Of a stretch of 64,000 nucleotides of DNA, positions 20,998 through 31,614 are shown piece after piece; the first letter of the stretch is position 1, and each line of letters starts with the position of its first letter. This DNA is from Acholeplasmataceae bacterium (GTDB lineage Bacteria; Bacillota_I; Bacilli_A; Acholeplasmatales; Acholeplasmataceae). The notes below the pieces were generated by a model, which was given only the letters and a program-made list of their open reading frames with translations, searched no databases and was not told the origin of the DNA. The stretch is taken from contig OY763415.1 in assembly GCA_963667565.1 (NCBI GenBank), forward strand, positions 1,088,001 to 1,152,000, given 5' to 3'. Made by a program: the position numbers and the translations under genes.

Positions 20998-21291
20998 ATG
21001 GTAAAAATCGCTAAAATATTTAGTATCATTCAGTCAGTTATATTCATTTTAATGGTTGTATTAAGCATCAATGTCATCGTTCAAATGGTGACATATCAAG
21101 ATGGATGGGGTTCTTTAGTTCTGATCATTTATGCAATTCTCTATTTTTTATTTTCGTTATTATCATTGATTCCATATATCATTATTGGTAAACATCATGG
21201 ATTTGTTAATCAAAAACTTTATAGTTACATCGTTATCATGAGTTTTCTACTAAGTGTATTCATGTTTATCTTTGGTGTGACACAGTCATAA
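20998..21291 (+). CDS. Small membrane protein (3 TM)
   Basis: RBS AAGGTG; hydrophobic 97 aa. Confidence 0.6.
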   Translation: MVKIAKIFSIIQSVIFILMVVLSINVIVQMVTYQDGWGSLVLIIYAILYFLFSLLSLIPYIIIGKHHGFVNQKLYSYIVIMSFLLSVFMFIFGVTQS

Positions 21292-21324
21292 AGAAAAGCA
21301 TCCCATATAGAGATGCTTTTTTTA

Positions 21325-23340
21325 TTATGCTTGTTTACCTTTTTTTCTTGGAGGTAGACCTCTTTGTTTAGGTGTTAAAACTGGTGTGTTAGATTTCACA
21401 ACATTTCTGATTTCTTCTAATTTATCAAATGATTGTTTTTGTTTCGCATTTTGATATAAATAATCATCAATGGCTTGTGCAGCTCTATGCCCATCGGCAA
21501 CACCGCTGATTAAATCTGGCCCACGATGAATATCGCCACCAATAAATAACCACGGATAAGCTTCTAATTGACCATCTTGTTCAGCTTTAATCTTACCACG
21601 AACAATTTCGATACCACTTTGAACATCATCAGAGATATAACTGTAATCTGGAGCTTGACCTACTGCCATAAATACTTGTTCAGCTTCAATGACTGTCTTT
21701 GTACACTCATCAAATTTAGGATTGAATTTGCCTTCTTCGTCAAATACACATAAACATTTCCAAACAAGGAGACCTTTAATCTTATCATCTTCAATGATGA
21801 CTTTTTGAGGTCCATTTCCACAGTAAAATTCAATACCTTCCTCAAGACCTTCTTCATATTCATCTTTACTTGCTGGAAGAATATCAAGTGTTTCAAGTGA
21901 AGTTAATTTAACATCAGCTTTTCCATATTTTAGCATTTGAAGACGAATCGTTGATCTAGCAACATCAAATGCAACATCACCTGCACCAATAACAATGACA
22001 CTAGGCTTAACATTAATATCTTCTAATTTTAATACACCACGTTCAAAATCTCTAACAAGTGGAAGAAAATCAAGTGCGCCCATGACATCTTTATGATCAG
22101 CACCTGGAATGTTTAATTTTCTTGCAGTAAAGAATCCTGAACCTAAGAAGACTGCATCATAATCTTTTTCTAATTGATTAAATGAAATATCTTTTCCTAC
22201 TCTTGTATTTAATTTGATATCAACACCAATTGATTTAATAAAGTTAATATCTTTATCAATGGCAGTATCTGGAAGTCTATATGCTGGAATACCATATCTC
22301 ATGACACCACCTGCTAATGCTTTTTGTTCAAACACAGTGACTTGATAACCCATTGTTCTTAAATAATATGCAGCACCAAGTGATGCAGGACCAGAACCAA
22401 CAATAGCAACTTTCGCATCAATGACTTCATTTACTGGATCCATCACTGACTTATGGTAGATATCATCTGGTGCTGAATCTATGATGTAACGTTTTAACCA
22501 ACGAATAGCAATTGCTTCACCACGAACAGCAATCGCACATGATGTTTCACAATTGTGTGTACATACACGTCCACAAACACCTGGAAGTGGATTTGTCTCA
22601 TAAACTTGTCTTAATGCACCATCAATATCATCTTCCCAAATCGATCTAATATATGCTGGAATATGCATTTGAACTGGGCATGAAGATTCACAAACGCCAC
22701 ATTCAACACATCTAGCAGCTTCTAATTTAGCATATTCTTTTGAATATCCGCGAACAATTTCAACAAATGAATCTTTTCTGTCATCTGGTTCTATATGTTC
22801 CATAGGTACTCTTTCTAAATCTAATAAGTCAGAGTTTTCATCTTTTTGCCAACCATGTTTAACTGCTTCACCGCGCCATAATTCATCTGGTAAAAAATAG
22901 AATTTATCAGGATCATCATTGGCATATACATATTCTGTACTCATGTTTAATGAACCTGTAGTACATGTATCTACACAAAGTGCACAAAAGCAACAACGTC
23001 CATAATCAATGGCTGGTCTAACTTGAAATTCACCTGGTCTTTCAGGAATTTCTAATCGTTCAACCATCGTGATTGCATCTGTAGGACAGATTTCACCACA
23101 AGTACCACAACCAATACATTCTTCCCAATCATTGGTGTGAAACCCACGAAGATTTGGAGGTGCAAGTCTTGGACTTGAATCTTCTACTTCTGATTTTTTC
23201 ATAATCCCTTGAGAAGCTAAATAATTTGCATTTTTCTTAGTAACAATATGTTTGAGTTCATGTGTAACAGGTTTTCTAAATAAATATTTTAGTAATCTAA
23301 AAGAATTGAAGATACTTTTTTCTCTATATTTGTTTGCCAT
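21325..23340 (-). CDS. MbxN/NuoI-like 2[4Fe-4S] ferredoxin fused to a GltD/SudA-like FAD/NAD(P)H oxidoreductase
   Basis: CIGCGTCGEICP and CCFCALCVDTC, then CVEC...CP, CGRVC...CE..C, GSGPASL and GAGDVAFD. Confidence 0.85.
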   Translation of the reverse strand: MANKYREKSIFNSFRLLKYLFRKPVTHELKHIVTKKNANYLASQGIMKKSEVEDSSPRLAPPNLRGFHTNDWEECIGCGTCGEICPTDAITMVERLEIPERPGEFQVRPAIDYGRCCFCALCVDTCTTGSLNMSTEYVYANDDPDKFYFLPDELWRGEAVKHGWQKDENSDLLDLERVPMEHIEPDDRKDSFVEIVRGYSKEYAKLEAARCVECGVCESSCPVQMHIPAYIRSIWEDDIDGALRQVYETNPLPGVCGRVCTHNCETSCAIAVRGEAIAIRWLKRYIIDSAPDDIYHKSVMDPVNEVIDAKVAIVGSGPASLGAAYYLRTMGYQVTVFEQKALAGGVMRYGIPAYRLPDTAIDKDINFIKSIGVDIKLNTRVGKDISFNQLEKDYDAVFLGSGFFTARKLNIPGADHKDVMGALDFLPLVRDFERGVLKLEDINVKPSVIVIGAGDVAFDVARSTIRLQMLKYGKADVKLTSLETLDILPASKDEYEEGLEEGIEFYCGNGPQKVIIEDDKIKGLLVWKCLCVFDEEGKFNPKFDECTKTVIEAEQVFMAVGQAPDYSYISDDVQSGIEIVRGKIKAEQDGQLEAYPWLFIGGDIHRGPDLISGVADGHRAAQAIDDYLYQNAKQKQSFDKLEEIRNVVKSNTPVLTPKQRGLPPRKKGKQA

Positions 23341-23349
23341 TATCTTCAC

Positions 23350-24459
23350 CTACCGATCAATCTCAGGAGAGCACACACCCATAGTGTCAACCCATAGAGC
23401 TGCATCATCAATACGTGTTCCTGGTAAATATTTTTTAACACCCAATAGTCCTTGTGGATAACTGGCACCACGGACCCCTACACGATATGGACTAATTGAT
23501 TTCCCATCTGAAACGATGAAATATCCAAATTCACCACGACTTGATTCAAGTGGTGAATATACATGTCCTTTTGGAACAATCCATCTCATTGATTGTCCTC
23601 TTCCAAGCGGAACTCTAACAGGTCCTTGTGGCATTTTTGCCAAGCATTGACGAATGATAGAGATAGATTGAACAACTTCTTGTAATTTCATATCGACTCT
23701 ACTTCTTGCATCAGAATAATCTGAAAAAGGAACTTCAAATTCAACTTGATCATATTTTAAATATGGCATCACTTTTCTAAGATCATTGGGTTTGTTTACT
23801 GAACTTCTCATACCAATACCAGTGACACCTAATTCCCAAACCACTTCTTTTGGTAATAAGATATGATCTTTAATTCTTTTGATAATGGTTGGATTTTCTA
23901 TACCAATATCTCTATATTCTAGATATCTTGATTCCAAATCATCTAAGAATGCATGAATATCTTTTTCAATACCAACAGGTAAATCTTTTCTAACACCACC
24001 AGGAACAATATATTGGTGGTATACACGATGTCCTGTGATTTGTTCAAAAATATCAAGTATTTTATTACGATCAGAGTGTGCTAAATACATAATTGTATAA
24101 TGACCTGTAGGTGAACCTAATCCACCATATGCCATTAAGTGAATGGATAATCTCGCAAGTTCTAGAATAATCATTCTAATCCATTGTGCACGTTCTGGTG
24201 CTTCAATACCTGCTAATTTTTCAACCCCCATAGCGTAAGCAGCTTCATTAATATCTGGTTCAACAACACAAACTCTAGGGATCAAGGAAATATTGTTATA
24301 CCAAGTTTTTCTTTCCATGCCCTTTTCAAAGCCACGATGCAACATACCTGGAAGTAAATATGAACGTTTAATAATATCACCTTCCACATATAAATGGACA
24401 GATGCGTTACCATGCATACCTGGATGTTGAGGACCTAAAAATAATTTCATTTCTTGCAT
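23350..24459 (-). CDS. MbxL/NuoD-like catalytic subunit without a full NiFe ligand set
   Basis: GPQHPGMHG, HRGFEK, PRVCVVE and C-terminal GVCSPEIDR. Confidence 0.88.
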   Translation of the reverse strand: MQEMKLFLGPQHPGMHGNASVHLYVEGDIIKRSYLLPGMLHRGFEKGMERKTWYNNISLIPRVCVVEPDINEAAYAMGVEKLAGIEAPERAQWIRMIILELARLSIHLMAYGGLGSPTGHYTIMYLAHSDRNKILDIFEQITGHRVYHQYIVPGGVRKDLPVGIEKDIHAFLDDLESRYLEYRDIGIENPTIIKRIKDHILLPKEVVWELGVTGIGMRSSVNKPNDLRKVMPYLKYDQVEFEVPFSDYSDARSRVDMKLQEVVQSISIIRQCLAKMPQGPVRVPLGRGQSMRWIVPKGHVYSPLESSRGEFGYFIVSDGKSISPYRVGVRGASYPQGLLGVKKYLPGTRIDDAALWVDTMGVCSPEIDR

Positions 24460-24460
24460 A

Positions 24461-25036
24461 TTAACGCCCTTCCTTTCCAAGTTTTCTTGCACGTTCATGT
24501 CTTTCATCTCTTTTTTCTTGTTTCGATGCTTGACCTTCTAAATTAATGTGGTTATCTGAGTATTCTCTACCCTTAAATTTCTTATCACTATAAGCTTTTG
24601 GATCAAAATCTTTTCTAAGTGGTGGTAGATCATCCCATTGTTCTAATATAAGTTGTTTATCATACATTGGATTTCCAGGAAACTTCACACCAAAGAATTC
24701 GTGACATTCTCTTTCATAATACTCACAATTTGGGAATATATGAATGATTGAAGGCATCACTGCATCTTCTCTATTAAGTCTAGTACGTAATTGTACATGT
24801 ACTGCTTTATCCCAATTCATTAAAATATAAATCAGTTCAAATTCACCTTCATCAATCCAATCGACTGCACTTAAATATGATAATTGAATCCAACCGGCAT
24901 TCTTTAAAATGCTTAATGCTTGATGTATATCTTCTTTATTTAATTCAAATGCAACTTGATATTGATGAATTTCTTCTACTTTTTTTACTTTGAGATAGCT
25001 TTGTAATAAATCAATGACTTCTTTAACATTATTCAT
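24461..25036 (-). CDS. MbxK/NuoC-like subunit
   Basis: SAVDW, ERECHEFFGVKF.G and PLRKDF motifs. Confidence 0.88.
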   Translation of the reverse strand: MNNVKEVIDLLQSYLKVKKVEEIHQYQVAFELNKEDIHQALSILKNAGWIQLSYLSAVDWIDEGEFELIYILMNWDKAVHVQLRTRLNREDAVMPSIIHIFPNCEYYERECHEFFGVKFPGNPMYDKQLILEQWDDLPPLRKDFDPKAYSDKKFKGREYSDNHINLEGQASKQEKRDERHERARKLGKEGR

Positions 25037-25607
25037 GGAATTCGTCATGGACTTCTACCTCCCCTAGGCTATCAAGTTGGTTTTTCTTATACCATTCATA
25101 GTTGTCTTTATAACGTTTCCAACCATCAGCTTTTTTAGTTTTAATTAGTTCCATTAAATCCACAAAACCATTCATTACTGCTTCTGTATTTGGCATACAG
25201 CCAGCAACGTAAGTATCAACTGGTATATATTGGTCTAATCTGTTAATGACTGCGTGTGAGTCATGATAAATACCACCATTAATCGTACAACTTCCAAAAC
25301 CTACAACATATTTTGGTTCACTCATCTGTTCATATGTATAGATGAGTCTTCTTAGTGTTTTTAAAGATAAATATCCAGTGACTAAAAGGACATCAGCTTG
25401 TCTTGGAGTCGCCATAGGACCCATACCAAATCTTTCCATGTCATATGCTGAAGTCATTGCAGGTGGTAATTCAATTGCACAACATCCTGTACAATACATC
25501 AGCATCCATAATGAATTTCTTCTAAAGAAATCTCCTATTTCTGTCCATTTCTTGTCCATTTCGTCTTTTGTGTAATTTTTAATTGGTGTAAATCTTGTTG
25601 ATTCCAT
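25029..25607 (-). CDS. MbxJ/NuoB-like Fe-S subunit
   Basis: GCCAIE, PRQAD, GSCTINGG and GCMP motifs. Confidence 0.9.
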   Translation of the reverse strand: MESTRFTPIKNYTKDEMDKKWTEIGDFFRRNSLWMLMYCTGCCAIELPPAMTSAYDMERFGMGPMATPRQADVLLVTGYLSLKTLRRLIYTYEQMSEPKYVVGFGSCTINGGIYHDSHAVINRLDQYIPVDTYVAGCMPNTEAVMNGFVDLMELIKTKKADGWKRYKDNYEWYKKNQLDSLGEVEVHDEFHE

Positions 25608-25608
25608 A

Positions 25609-26532
25609 TTAGATCACCCATCCTAAATAGATTGCGATAAACGCTTGTATAATTGCGATAATGAGTGGCCACTTGTAAAAGTATGTCATCACTTGATCAA
25701 TCTTATAACGACCATTCATATAACTAAATAAATTCATTGCTGTATATACTGCTAAATATTTAACAAGATAGATAAGAATATTCGTAGCTCCACCTAAAAA
25801 TAAATTAACAAATAAAGTGACTTCAATAAACACTGTAATCTCATGCATGATGAATAACATACCTAATTGTTTCCCACCATATTCAACCATTGGACCTGAA
25901 GCAATTTCCGCAGGTGCAATAAATGTTTCAAAAGGTTTTTTACCTAACATTGCTAAAAGTGCAGGAATAGCTACAAAAATGAACCCTAATGGTAATGCAA
26001 TCATAAACCAGCTATGACCTGCTGCTTGTTGATAAAGCGCAATTTCACTAATGCTTGAAGAACCTGTGAGTTTAAAAACAACAACTAATAAAACCATGAA
26101 AGGAACTTCATATGCAAGCATCGTCGCAAGTGCTCTCATGACACCAATAGATGCAAGTGGATTTCCACTTCCTGAAGCACTCATTGCCATGCCTAACATA
26201 CCTACTGCTAGTAAATAAACGAAAATAAAGAAATTATCAAAATCAGCAAATGCAATCATTGGATTAGCACCTACTGTTAGTGGTATAAACATTGCAGTTG
26301 CAATAATTCCACCAAGTGCCATAATGACACCAAAATCAAAGATCCAACCATGTGACACTGAACGTTTTGATAAGAGTTTAAATATATCTAAGAACTCTTG
26401 ATACCATCTTGGACCAACTCTTCTTTGCAATCTTGCAATGACTTTTCTGTTAATCCCTGCAACTGTTGTTTGAAGAACAAATCCGAAGAAGGCGATACCA
26501 AAACCAATTAAGATATGAATTAAGACTGTCAT
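25609..26532 (-). CDS. MbxM/NuoH-like membrane subunit
   Basis: RKVIARLQRRVGP, PFE...EIASGPMVEYGG and RYKIDQ motifs. Confidence 0.9.
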   Translation of the reverse strand: MTVLIHILIGFGIAFFGFVLQTTVAGINRKVIARLQRRVGPRWYQEFLDIFKLLSKRSVSHGWIFDFGVIMALGGIIATAMFIPLTVGANPMIAFADFDNFFIFVYLLAVGMLGMAMSASGSGNPLASIGVMRALATMLAYEVPFMVLLVVVFKLTGSSSISEIALYQQAAGHSWFMIALPLGFIFVAIPALLAMLGKKPFETFIAPAEIASGPMVEYGGKQLGMLFIMHEITVFIEVTLFVNLFLGGATNILIYLVKYLAVYTAMNLFSYMNGRYKIDQVMTYFYKWPLIIAIIQAFIAIYLGWVI

Positions 26533-28385
26533 AATACCACCTCACTTAGTAATAGCCAAATCATTAAGAGAATAACCATGATTGTAAACACCTCTAATAA
26601 TTTGTTAAAGAAGATATATTTAATAGCTCTACCAAGTTCTTTTACTTTAAGTGATAAAGCTTTATATATATTTTCGGTGATATCAATGTATTTTTCATAA
26701 AGTCTTTCGATTGGAGCATAAAATTCTTGAGTGTAATGAAGCAACTGTTCTGTGTAAATAAAATTACCTGCAGTATATGTGTCCATAAGACCGACTTTTT
26801 TACTCTTTGGAAATATCACAAAAATTAAGAACGCGATGAACACTCCAAAAGCAAATACACCAGCCATCAAGAGTGGATTTAACATTGAGTTTTCATTCCA
26901 ACCTTGAATGGTGTTTGAATGAATAAGTAATGGATCAAATCCTAATTCTTCAACAACTAAATTAACTTTTGTTAAGAAGAATGTTGTAAATGTTCCTGTT
27001 AATAAATTTAATACCGATAATATCGCCATAGGAATGCCCATGATGAAAGGTACTTCTTTTAAATGTTTATATTGTGGTAGTTCTTGACCTAAGAATAATG
27101 CAGCGAGCGGTCTAAATACATATAAGAAACTACCAATAGATCCAAATGTCAGTGCCACTGTCACTAAAATCATGCCTTTATTAATTGCTGCTTGATAGAT
27201 GAGCCATTTGGAGATAAATCCACCCATTGGAGGAATACCAGCCATTGAAATAATAGCAATTAAATAAACCATATATGTAAATGGCATTTTATGGATAATA
27301 CCACCTAGTTCACTAATCTTCGTTGTGTGTGTTTGTCTTGCTACTGCTGCAATCGCTAAAAATGCTGCAGCTGATGCAATCGCATGAACTAATACATGAT
27401 ATAGTCCACCAGCAACTGCATGTGATTCTAACATACTAAACCCGACTAATATATAACCACCGTTACTCATTGATGAATAAGCAAGTAACACTTTGGCATC
27501 ATCTGATCGTATCGCCATTAACGTACCAAAAATGATGGATAAACTTCCGAGCAAAGCAATAACCCAATTTGCCCAAGGGATTTCCATGACCATTACATTG
27601 GTTGAAAATGGTGCAATTTTAATGAGCGCAAATATTGAAACAAATGCACCAAGTTTAACTAACCCCCCTGATAAAACAGGTGAGAATGGATGTGGAGCAC
27701 TACCATGTGCTTTAGGTAACCAAATATTAAGTGGGAATGCACCTAATTTAGAAAATCCTGCAATTAACAATAATATATAAACTAGTATTGCTGATCCTCC
27801 ACTAAGTGCACTTAAGTTTTCATTGATATCAAATGAATCAGTTAATTGATGCATATAGAAAATAACAAAGATGAGTGCAACACTTCCAGCCATTGAAAAT
27901 CCAAAATATGAAATGGCTGCATCTTTCTTTTTACCCATTTGGACTAAAAACATCGTTGACCAAACAACTAACTCAAATAAGAAGAAAAACACTAAAATGT
28001 TTGATGCAAAGAATACTCCTATAACACCAGCTATACTTAACACCCAAGCAAAATTATATGCATGTTTATATTTAATAGTTTCAATAAAATAAGGATTAAA
28101 GAATGAAGCCATTGCATAAATAAATGTTAAGATGACTGTAAAAAATATTGCTAGATCAGTAATTTCAAAAACTGAAATATTTGGATAGATACTTTCGAGC
28201 AATATCGCGTTTTGTTGTAATATAGATGGTTCGACATATCCAGCATATGCAATCACTGAGAATGCCAAAAATGAAATGATTGTCGTTAAGATACTTCCTA
28301 ATTTATAAGATAATCTTGAAACTAAATAGGTAACGATACTAAGCACGACTAAGCTTATAATTAACGTTTGAATTGATACTTCCAT
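26529..28385 (-). CDS. MbxH'-like (MrpD/NuoM-type) antiporter-like subunit
   Basis: KLGAFPLNIWLPKAH, LAYSS and GIPPMGGF.SKW motifs. Confidence 0.88.
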   Translation of the reverse strand: MEVSIQTLIISLVVLSIVTYLVSRLSYKLGSILTTIISFLAFSVIAYAGYVEPSILQQNAILLESIYPNISVFEITDLAIFFTVILTFIYAMASFFNPYFIETIKYKHAYNFAWVLSIAGVIGVFFASNILVFFFLFELVVWSTMFLVQMGKKKDAAISYFGFSMAGSVALIFVIFYMHQLTDSFDINENLSALSGGSAILVYILLLIAGFSKLGAFPLNIWLPKAHGSAPHPFSPVLSGGLVKLGAFVSIFALIKIAPFSTNVMVMEIPWANWVIALLGSLSIIFGTLMAIRSDDAKVLLAYSSMSNGGYILVGFSMLESHAVAGGLYHVLVHAIASAAAFLAIAAVARQTHTTKISELGGIIHKMPFTYMVYLIAIISMAGIPPMGGFISKWLIYQAAINKGMILVTVALTFGSIGSFLYVFRPLAALFLGQELPQYKHLKEVPFIMGIPMAILSVLNLLTGTFTTFFLTKVNLVVEELGFDPLLIHSNTIQGWNENSMLNPLLMAGVFAFGVFIAFLIFVIFPKSKKVGLMDTYTAGNFIYTEQLLHYTQEFYAPIERLYEKYIDITENIYKALSLKVKELGRAIKYIFFNKLLEVFTIMVILLMIWLLLSEVVL

Positions 28386-28387
28386 CG

Positions 28388-29746
28388 TTACACCTCCATC
28401 CAATCGATTAAATTAATCTTGTCTATTAAGTCAGATACATTGGAAGTCAATCCAAAAACAATTAATGAAATGACTAGAATACTCAAGATAACATATAATG
28501 CAGGACATAATTTAATCTTTAAATCATTTTGACCATACCATAGAACTCCAAGTAATTTAATTAAATAAATGGCTTCGATAATCGTTGTAAGTAATATTGC
28601 TACTGGTATGATATATTGACCAGTTTCAAAAAAACTCATCATGGCATTCATCTTAACGATAAATCCAACAAATAATGGAAGTCCTAACATTGAAAGTACT
28701 GAAACTGTGAAAAAGACACCAAGTAAGATATTTTGTTTAAATATACCTTCAAGTTTTTCAATATCATCAGTTTGAGCTTGTTCTTCAATATGATTTGTGA
28801 TTGCAAACAATATGAATTTAGTGATAGCAACAACTGAAATAAATACTGCTGCAACACCAACGAATCCATAAATTGCGAGTAATGCTACAATTGCAGATTG
28901 CGCAATGGATGAGAACAGTAATATGTGTTTGACACGTTTAGAATCATATGCCATCGCTTCTCCTGCTACAATACTTGCAACAAAGATCACTAATAAGATC
29001 GTTGTAAGTGTTGATGAAGGTATGTAAATATATTGAATAACTCTTGTGAATACAAATAAGAATGTTGCTGAATAAGCTGACGCAATAAGTGGTCCTGTAA
29101 GTGTATTAGATGTTTCTAAGATACCTTTTACCCAATTATTAAGAGGAAGTATTTTAATTTCAACACCTAAACCTATCACCATCATAAGCACTGGAATACT
29201 TACTGAATTATTAGATGCTTGAATTTGACTAGCAACATCATGCATAGATAATGTACCTGTCATGTTATATAAAATAATTAAACCTAGTAAATAGAATGTC
29301 GACCCAATAGATCCTTGAACTAAATAACTAAATGTCTTTGATGGTGCATTTTGAGTTGCAGTGATGATATATCCAGCAATTGCAACAATTTCCATAAATA
29401 CGAATAAGTTAAATAAATCAGCTGTTAAAAGTAAACCATTAAGACCGGCTAAGATAACAAGTAATACAGGTGCAAATTTTTGGAATTTTACATAATTTGT
29501 TGCATAAATGAATAATAAAAGTCCATTAACAACAAGCAGTGATAATTCTGTAAAACTATTGACTACAAAGTAAATTGAGTAAACAGGTGTATCTCCACCA
29601 ATATTTGTGATACCTTGAGTAACAAATAATGATATGATCGTCACTGCTAAACTTGTTAGTAGTAACAAGATATGTGCATATTTCTTAATAAGAATACTTA
29701 AGAAAGCAGCAATGAGTGGTATAACAACTAGTAAGATTGGATTCAT
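28388..29746 (-). CDS. MbxH-like (MrpD-type) antiporter-like subunit
   Basis: DLFNLFVFMEI, LYNMTGTL and GLPLFVGF motifs. Confidence 0.85.
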   Translation of the reverse strand: MNPILLVVIPLIAAFLSILIKKYAHILLLLTSLAVTIISLFVTQGITNIGGDTPVYSIYFVVNSFTELSLLVVNGLLLFIYATNYVKFQKFAPVLLVILAGLNGLLLTADLFNLFVFMEIVAIAGYIITATQNAPSKTFSYLVQGSIGSTFYLLGLIILYNMTGTLSMHDVASQIQASNNSVSIPVLMMVIGLGVEIKILPLNNWVKGILETSNTLTGPLIASAYSATFLFVFTRVIQYIYIPSSTLTTILLVIFVASIVAGEAMAYDSKRVKHILLFSSIAQSAIVALLAIYGFVGVAAVFISVVAITKFILFAITNHIEEQAQTDDIEKLEGIFKQNILLGVFFTVSVLSMLGLPLFVGFIVKMNAMMSFFETGQYIIPVAILLTTIIEAIYLIKLLGVLWYGQNDLKIKLCPALYVILSILVISLIVFGLTSNVSDLIDKINLIDWMEV

Positions 29747-30066
29747 GCTTGTTCACCCACTTCATCTAAATTTAAAGTATGATGCTTTTGATAAAAAAGT
29801 CTTGCAAACACCAAACCTATTGCAGTCGTACCAACACCAATAACAATTGAAGTTAACACAAGTGCTTGTGGTAGTGGATCAACAACCAAATCAGCTGTTA
29901 AACTAAATATTGGTGCAATTCCACCATTATAACCAACTGTGATAATAAATAGATTTAAACCTATTTCTAGCACGTTTAAACTTAAAATAATTCTGATGAT
30001 ATTGCGATGTGTAAGGACACCATATAAGCCCAACATCATCATGATAATAGATGCATATTGTAACAT
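29743..30066 (-). CDS. MbxG/MrpC-like subunit
   Basis: DPLPQALVLTSIVIG. Confidence 0.9.
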   Translation of the reverse strand: MLQYASIIMMMLGLYGVLTHRNIIRIILSLNVLEIGLNLFIITVGYNGGIAPIFSLTADLVVDPLPQALVLTSIVIGVGTTAIGLVFARLFYQKHHTLNLDEVGEQA

Positions 30067-30779
30067 TATTTAGCCTCCTCTGTTAAAAACTCATCGATAA
30101 TACCTGTGATTTCAGATCCAACTTTTAATCCAATAAGAACATAGACAATTGGAATGATTCCACCAGAGATTAAGTCACCAAGTACACCTTGGTCTAAGAA
30201 ATTAGCTAAGAATACTTGAGCAACAAATAAACCAACAAGTCCTACTGTGACATATAAAATACCAGAGATACTTTCTAAGACTTTAAAGCGCTTCATTTGT
30301 GCTCTAAATTCATCATCAGATAAATATAGGAGTAATAGACTTGATGCGATCATTGCACCACCCGGAAAACCACCACCTGGTGTAAGATGCCCATGAACAA
30401 TAATCATTAAACCTGTGATTAACATGATCGATACGATAAATCTAGAACCTGTCTTAAGCATGAAGTTAGGTTTAAAATCTAATTTCATATGGTTTTTTTG
30501 AGATGCCCCTAATAAAAGTGCAACCCCTAGTGAAGAAATAAATAAAACTGTCACTTCGCCTAACGTATCAAATGAACGAAAATCTACAACAATTGCAGTA
30601 ACTCGGTTTAATGCGTTATCAAGTGTAAAACTATCTTCTGAAACATATTCTTGTGATATACGGTCTGAAAGATCAGCATCTTGATATGGTGTAAATCCAT
30701 CAAGTTGTGATAAACCTAAAATGAGTAATACACCAAATGTTAATACAAATGCAAGTGCGACTAATTGTTTAAATTTCAT
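30066..30779 (-). CDS. MnhB/MrpB-domain subunit (MbxE/F-like)
   Basis: VTAIVVDFRSFDTLGE and HGHLTPGGGFPGG motifs. Confidence 0.9.
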   Translation of the reverse strand: MKFKQLVALAFVLTFGVLLILGLSQLDGFTPYQDADLSDRISQEYVSEDSFTLDNALNRVTAIVVDFRSFDTLGEVTVLFISSLGVALLLGASQKNHMKLDFKPNFMLKTGSRFIVSIMLITGLMIIVHGHLTPGGGFPGGAMIASSLLLLYLSDDEFRAQMKRFKVLESISGILYVTVGLVGLFVAQVFLANFLDQGVLGDLISGGIIPIVYVLIGLKVGSEITGIIDEFLTEEAK

Positions 30780-31024
30780 AATTTAGCACCTGCTTTCTTT
30801 AAATATATAATTGTAAAAATAAATAATGAAGTGACTAAACCACTTCCAATGACTGCTTCAGTGATTGCAACATCTGGTGCAGATAGAAATACAAAAGCTA
30901 CCACTACAATTAAACTAAGCGCTGATAATAAGATAATACTCTTCATCAGTTTAGATGTATGAACTGATAGAAATGCGATTAATACCAATAGGATTGAAAT
31001 AAACGCTTCTAAAAAATTAATCAT
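30776..31024 (-). CDS. MbxD/DUF4040-like subunit
   Basis: APDVAITEAVIG. Confidence 0.85.
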   Translation of the reverse strand: MINFLEAFISILLVLIAFLSVHTSKLMKSIILLSALSLIVVVAFVFLSAPDVAITEAVIGSGLVTSLFIFTIIYLKKAGAKL

Positions 31025-31349
31025 GTTTATTTTCCTCCTCAATAGTTTCTTTTAAATCATCAATAGTAACATTGTCTGGTGCACCTTGTGATTTATAAAT
31101 TGCTTTTGCTAATACACTTGAACCAACTGGATTTGAAATCGCAATAAACACAATAATAATGATGATTTTAGCTGTTAAATTAGGATATACAAAGATGAGT
31201 CCTAATAACACGCTAAATGTTCCTAAAGTTGTCGCTTTAGTTCCAGCTTGAATTCTGTTAAATGCATCAGGCATACGTAATACACCTAATCCACCAAGAA
31301 AATAGAATAATCCACCAATGATGAATAAAATATAACTAATGACTGTCAT
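31017..31349 (-). CDS. MbxC/MrpG-like subunit
   Basis: GVLRMPD..RIQAGTKATTLG. Confidence 0.9.
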   Translation of the reverse strand: MTVISYILFIIGGLFYFLGGLGVLRMPDAFNRIQAGTKATTLGTFSVLLGLIFVYPNLTAKIIIIIVFIAISNPVGSSVLAKAIYKSQGAPDNVTIDDLKETIEEENKHD

Positions 31350-31614
31350 GGTGCACCTCCACATATCTTGAGAAAACAATCGTTTCTAAAAATGATAATA
31401 TAGCATAAACTAAAACGATATCTAAATACAATTCATTTTTTAAAATTGCTGCTAATAATCCAATACTACCTATAATCATGACATTAAGTGTATCAAGAGA
31501 TACGATACGATCAGTTAGTTTTGGCCCGAATATAAGTCTAACCAAAGTCATTAAGATGCCTAGTCCTAATAAAATTAAAACAATCATAAATCCATAATTT
31601 TCTAAAAATGTCAT
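31336..31614 (-). CDS. MbxB/MrpF-like subunit
   Basis: GPKLTDRIVSLD. Confidence 0.9.
   Translation of the reverse strand: MTFLENYGFMIVLILLGLGILMTLVRLIFGPKLTDRIVSLDTLNVMIIGSIGLLAAILKNELYLDIVLVYAILSFLETIVFSRYVEVHHDSH

Noticed and set aside
21325..23340. Glutamate synthase small subunit (gltD)
   Set aside because: It is fused to a NuoI-like domain, ends the mbx-like operon, and has no gltB nearby.
23350..25607. Group 4 [NiFe]-hydrogenase or canonical complex I
   Set aside because: Two of the four NiFe Cys ligands are missing, there are no nuoA/E/F/G genes, and Mrp E/F/G/B/C subunits are present.
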